DNA of 64,000 nucleotides from Alphaproteobacteria bacterium (GTDB lineage Bacteria; Pseudomonadota; Alphaproteobacteria; JAOXRX01): NCBI GenBank assembly GCA_025800285.1, contig JAOXRX010000037.1, positions 52,651 to 116,650 of the forward strand, read 5' to 3'. Shown piece by piece: positions 60,803 to 64,000 of this stretch (position 1 is its first letter; each line of letters starts with the position of its first letter). The notes under the pieces were generated by a model. It saw only the letters and a program-made list of their open reading frames with translations, ran no database searches and was not told where the DNA came from. The position numbers and the translations under genes were made by a program.

Positions 60803-62650
60803 ATGATAGAATACGATGTAATTGTAGTAGGTGGTGGACATGCTGGCTGTGAAGCTGCTGCAGCTAGTGCTAGAGCTGGAGCTAAAACAGCTTTAATAAC
60901 ACATAAGAAATCAACAATTGGAGAAATGTCTTGCAATCCTGCAATAGGAGGATTAGGCAAAGGTCATATCGTTAGAGAAATAGATGCTTTAGATGGTCTA
61001 ATGGCAAAAGTAATAGATAAAGCAGGAATTCAATTTAGAGTTCTTAATAAATCTAAAGGACCTGCTGTGCAAGGACCTAGAGCTCAAGCCGACAGAGACT
61101 TATATAAAGCAGAAATGCAAAGAATACTTAATAATTACAACAACTTAGACATAATAGAGACCGCTGTTGAAGACCTGATTATAGAAAGCGGAAAAATAAA
61201 AGGAGTTGTTGACAAAAATGGTGATAAATACAACTCAAAAGCCGTTATACTAACCACAGGTACATTCTTAAATGGTGTAATGCACATAGGTACAGAAACT
61301 AAAGAAGGTGGTAGAGTAAATGACCCAACATGCAAAGGCCTAACCCCATCTTTACAAGGAGTGGGCTTCAATATTGATAGACTTAAAACAGGGACTCCTT
61401 GCCGAATACAAAGAGATACTATAAATTGGGATATATTAGAAGAGCAAAAAGGAGATATACCTCCTGTTCCTTTTTCATATATGACTAAAGAGGTTACAAC
61501 ACCTCAAATATCTTGTGCAATTACATACACAAATGAAGAAGGCCATAAGATATTAAGAGAAAACTTCGACAGAGCCCCTTTATTCACAGGACAAATTGAA
61601 GGGGTAGGACCTAGATATTGCCCATCAATAGAAGACAAAATAACAAGATTTGCCGACAAAGAAAGACATCAAGTATTCCTAGAGCCTGAAGGATTAAACT
61701 CTAATTTAGTTTATCCAAATGGTATTTCAACATCTCTACCAGTCGATGTACAAGAAAAATTTTTAAAAACTATTCCAGGATTAGAAAATGCAGTTATGAC
61801 TCAACCAGCTTATGCTATTGAGTACGATTTCATTGATCCAAGAGAAGTAAAAGCGACACTAGAAACAAAGAAAATAAAAGGCTTGTTTTTAGCGGGACAA
61901 ATAATCGGAACAACAGGTTATGAAGAGGCTGGAGGATTAGGATTAATTGCAGGTGTAAATGCTTCCTTAAAATCACAAGAAATAGACAAAAAGTTTATAT
62001 TAGATAGGTCAGATGCCTACATTGGAGTAATGATAGATGATTTAATCACAAAAGGGACAAAAGAACCTTATAGAATGTTTACATCAAGAGCAGAATATCG
62101 CTTGGTTTTAAGAGCAGATAATGCAGATCAAAGACTTACCAAAAAAGGTGAAGAAGTAGGCTGTATTTCTCCTGAAAGAGTTGAATTCTTTCATCAAAAA
62201 ATGAAAATATTGATTGAGAGCAAAGTAATGCTTAATAGCTTAAATGCAACTCCAAATGAGCTTTCTAAAAAAGGTATAGAAATAAACAAAGATGGTAAAA
62301 GAAGAACAGCTTTTGATTTATTGACATTTGCTAGCATTTCATTTAACGACATCGAAAGTGTGTGGAGTGAATTAAAAGAAATACCAGCAGAAATTAAAAA
62401 CCAGATAGAAATAGATGCTAAATACTCGGGTTATTTAAAAAGAATTGAAGCAGATATTAAAGCCTTTAAAAAAGATGAAGCTTTAGAAATTCCTGACAAT
62501 ATAAATTACTTTGATATAGGGTCTTTATCAAATGAAATAATTCAAAAACTGGAGCAAGCAAGACCAAGCACTATTGGAATGGCCTCTAGAATATCGGGAG
62601 TAACTCCTGCTGCTATAATTGCTCTATTAAGATATGTAAAAAAACAATAA
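60803..62650 (+). CDS. mnmG: tRNA uridine-5-carboxymethylaminomethyl modification enzyme MnmG (GidA).
   Basis: FAD site [16 protein letters not shown]. About 615 aa, collinear with GidA. Confidence 0.95.
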   Translation: MIEYDVIVVGGGHAGCEAAAASARAGAKTALITHKKSTIGEMSCNPAIGGLGKGHIVREIDALDGLMAKVIDKAGIQFRVLNKSKGPAVQGPRAQADRDLYKAEMQRILNNYNNLDIIETAVEDLIIESGKIKGVVDKNGDKYNSKAVILTTGTFLNGVMHIGTETKEGGRVNDPTCKGLTPSLQGVGFNIDRLKTGTPCRIQRDTINWDILEEQKGDIPPVPFSYMTKEVTTPQISCAITYTNEEGHKILRENFDRAPLFTGQIEGVGPRYCPSIEDKITRFADKERHQVFLEPEGLNSNLVYPNGISTSLPVDVQEKFLKTIPGLENAVMTQPAYAIEYDFIDPREVKATLETKKIKGLFLAGQIIGTTGYEEAGGLGLIAGVNASLKSQEIDKKFILDRSDAYIGVMIDDLITKGTKEPYRMFTSRAEYRLVLRADNADQRLTKKGEEVGCISPERVEFFHQKMKILIESKVMLNSLNATPNELSKKGIEINKDGKRRTAFDLLTFASISFNDIESVWSELKEIPAEIKNQIEIDAKYSGYLKRIEADIKAFKKDEALEIPDNINYFDIGSLSNEIIQKLEQARPSTIGMASRISGVTPAAIIALLRYVKKQ

Positions 62651-62676
62651 ATGTTTCATGTGAAACACTGAAAAAA
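62649..62676. repeat. Copy 1 of a 28-nt direct repeat (AAATGTTTCATGTGAAACACTGAAAAAA) containing the 7-bp inverted repeat TGTTTCA-tg-TGAAACA. Copy 2 lies at 62756..62783, inside the rsmG 5' end.
   Basis: Exact string comparison: 27 of 28 nt are identical. Copy 1 starts within the mnmG stop codon. Confidence 0.8.
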
Positions 62677-62729
62677 CATATTTTAACTTTTTTCTTTACT
62701 TTACCATTTTTTAGTTATATATTTTATAT

Positions 62730-63338
62730 ATGAAAAACTTATCTGATTTAGAAAAAAATGTTTCATGTGAAACACTAAAAAAATTAAAAAAATATGAAGC
62801 TTTGTTGAAAAAATGGCAAAAAGCTATCAACCTAGTTAGTAAAAACACTATAGAAAATGCCTGGGAAAGACATATTCTAGACTCTCTACAATTAATAGAT
62901 TACTTACCTAAAGACAAAGATGTTTCAATTGTTGACCTTGGTAGCGGAGGAGGGTTTCCCCCTTTGGTTTTAGCAATAGCGGGATACACAAATGTAAGTG
63001 CTATAGAAAGCGATGAAAGAAAATGCTTATTCATGGCAGAAGTAGCAAAGCAAACAGAAACAAAAATAAACATTATTAACAAAAGAATAGAAAAAGTTAA
63101 TAATTTAAAAGCAGATATAATTACATCTAGAGCTTTAGCAAAAATAGACCTACTTTTAAATCTCTCAAAAAACATAACGAAAAAAGAAACTAAGTATCTG
63201 TTTTTAAAAGGTAAAACAGCAGAAGAAGAGATAAAAAAAGCACAGGAACAGTTCGATTTTCAGGCTCAAACATTCAAAAGCATGACCTCTAATGAAGCGA
63301 AGGTCGTGAAAATCGAGCGATTAAAGGAGAAAAAATAA
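62730..63338 (+). CDS. rsmG: 16S rRNA (guanine527-N7)-methyltransferase RsmG (GidB).
   Basis: SAM motif VDLGSGGGFP and the …KWQKAINLVS N-terminal block. Follows mnmG. Confidence 0.9.
   Translation: MKNLSDLEKNVSCETLKKLKKYEALLKKWQKAINLVSKNTIENAWERHILDSLQLIDYLPKDKDVSIVDLGSGGGFPPLVLAIAGYTNVSAIESDERKCLFMAEVAKQTETKINIINKRIEKVNNLKADIITSRALAKIDLLLNLSKNITKKETKYLFLKGKTAEEEIKKAQEQFDFQAQTFKSMTSNEAKVVKIERLKEKK
62756..62783. repeat. Copy 2 of the 28-nt palindromic direct repeat, within the first codons of rsmG (encoding …[10 protein letters not shown]).
   Basis: AAATGTTTCATGTGAAACACTAAAAAAA. Confidence 0.8.
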
Positions 63339-63871
63339 TGAAAAAAGAAAAAAATCTATTATTAATAATAGACCCTTTAAATAAATTTAAAAACGAGCAC
63401 ACAAAAGATGTGTTAAAAAAAATAGAAGAAGAAATAATACCAGAATTTGATGATATCTGGGTTGCAAAGTTCTTTAATAAGAAAAACTCTCTTTTCAAAA
63501 CAATAAGACACTGGGATAGATGTGATAAAAACTCATCTGAGGATAGAAAACTTGCAATAAAAATACCAAAGGGCAAGCAAGTTGTGTTTTATGAAACAGA
63601 TAAATATAATAAATTAACTCCTAAATTAAAAAGATATATAAGTAAAAAATCTGTTAAAGTATATATATGTGGAGTAGATACAGACATGTGTGTAAGCAGC
63701 ACAGCCTTTGCAATGTGGGATAGCAAAATAGCACCCTTTATAATAGAAGATGCTTGTGCTAGCCATGGTGGCGACAACTTGCACTCTCAGGGCATAAAAA
63801 CAATGATTAGAGCATTCGGTAAAAATCAAATAGTTAAGTCAAACGACTTAAAACAAGGACCAAAAATTTAA
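63338..63871 (+). CDS. Isochorismatase-family cysteine hydrolase, paralog 1. Its start overlaps the rsmG stop as TAATG.
   Basis: LLIIDPLNKF N-terminus and a VYICGVDTDMCV catalytic-Cys motif. 177 aa. Confidence 0.7.
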   Translation: MKKEKNLLLIIDPLNKFKNEHTKDVLKKIEEEIIPEFDDIWVAKFFNKKNSLFKTIRHWDRCDKNSSEDRKLAIKIPKGKQVVFYETDKYNKLTPKLKRYISKKSVKVYICGVDTDMCVSSTAFAMWDSKIAPFIIEDACASHGGDNLHSQGIKTMIRAFGKNQIVKSNDLKQGPKI

Positions 63872-63884
63872 AAGGAGGATATAA

Positions 63885-64000
63885 TGAAAAAAGATAAAAA
63901 AGTTTTAATAATAGTAGATCCACAAAATGGATTTAAAAATAAAAACACAGAGAAAGCATTAAGTAGAATTGATGAAATATCTAGTTATTTTGATGTAATC
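63885..64000 (+). CDS. Isochorismatase-family hydrolase, paralog 2 (3'-truncated by the window edge).
   Basis: MKKDKKVLIIVDPQNGFKNKNTEKAL… parallels the N-terminus of paralog 1. RBS AAGGAGG at 63870. Confidence 0.6.

Noticed and set aside
63289-63576. 95-aa minus-strand ORF
   Set aside because: Antisense to the rsmG 3' end and to the isochorismatase paralog, both of which have clear family motifs.

Overview
This is an AT-rich (roughly 30% GC by eye) bacterial chromosomal segment, densely packed with housekeeping genes on both strands. The acyl carrier protein sequence (MAFEEEF...IPDDAAE) and the gene neighbourhoods (xseB-ispA, a DUF3576 lipoprotein next to leuS-lptE, an ELM1/DUF1022 protein, mnmG-rsmG) point to an alphaproteobacterium; the AT bias and effector-like genes suggest a host-associated (Rickettsiales/Holosporales-like) lineage, but this is a guess. 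Recognisable core genes are mltG, fabF, acpP, lrp, trmL, a 2-Cys peroxiredoxin with oxyR, a DEAD-box helicase, typA, tRNA-Ser(GCU), ispA, xseB, rluD, ligA, a cyclic-nucleotide-gated K+ channel, accA, lpxC, gyrB, fabG, rluC, ftsB, trxB, nusB, lptE, leuS, ygjP, queH, map, tatD, rsmB, sufBCD, a large hybrid histidine kinase, a lipoprotein S1 protease, a HIT protein, recJ, a GalU-like nucleotidyltransferase, an NlpC/P60 peptidase, gpmI, argS, a YmdB-family metallophosphoesterase, mnmG, rsmG and two tandem isochorismatase-family paralogs. The clear accessory region is a roughly 3.9 kb islet between typA and ispA (10.64-14.55 kb) anchored on tRNA-Ser. It holds a 5' tRNA-Ser fragment, the intact tRNA, att-like scars, a RecA-fold NTPase gene fragment, a truncated XRE-repressor stub behind a GC-rich perfect palindrome, and a minus-strand three-gene cassette. 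That cassette encodes a peptidoglycan-binding-domain protein, translationally coupled (TAATG) to a protein with a MuF-like HPNCRC motif and an L,D-transpeptidase-like catalytic motif (IHGGTxxGSIGCI), followed by a small polytopic membrane protein; I read this as a phage-relic polymorphic toxin/immunity module and as the best candidate for a new system. Second is a tandem pair of small paralogous proteins (678-1400) that both end in a eukaryotic-type CaaX prenylation box after a basic patch (…RRAFLQCVMS / …RRAFLSCFMG), i.e. candidate host-prenylated effectors. Other points are a hybrid histidine kinase with three tandem receiver domains plus an HPt domain and no partner regulator nearby, a three-gene cluster of unrecognisable proteins between lpxC and accA, an acidic 460-aa orphan protein, and a 28-nt palindromic direct repeat straddling the mnmG/rsmG junction. 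No rRNA, CRISPR array or intact IS element was seen.
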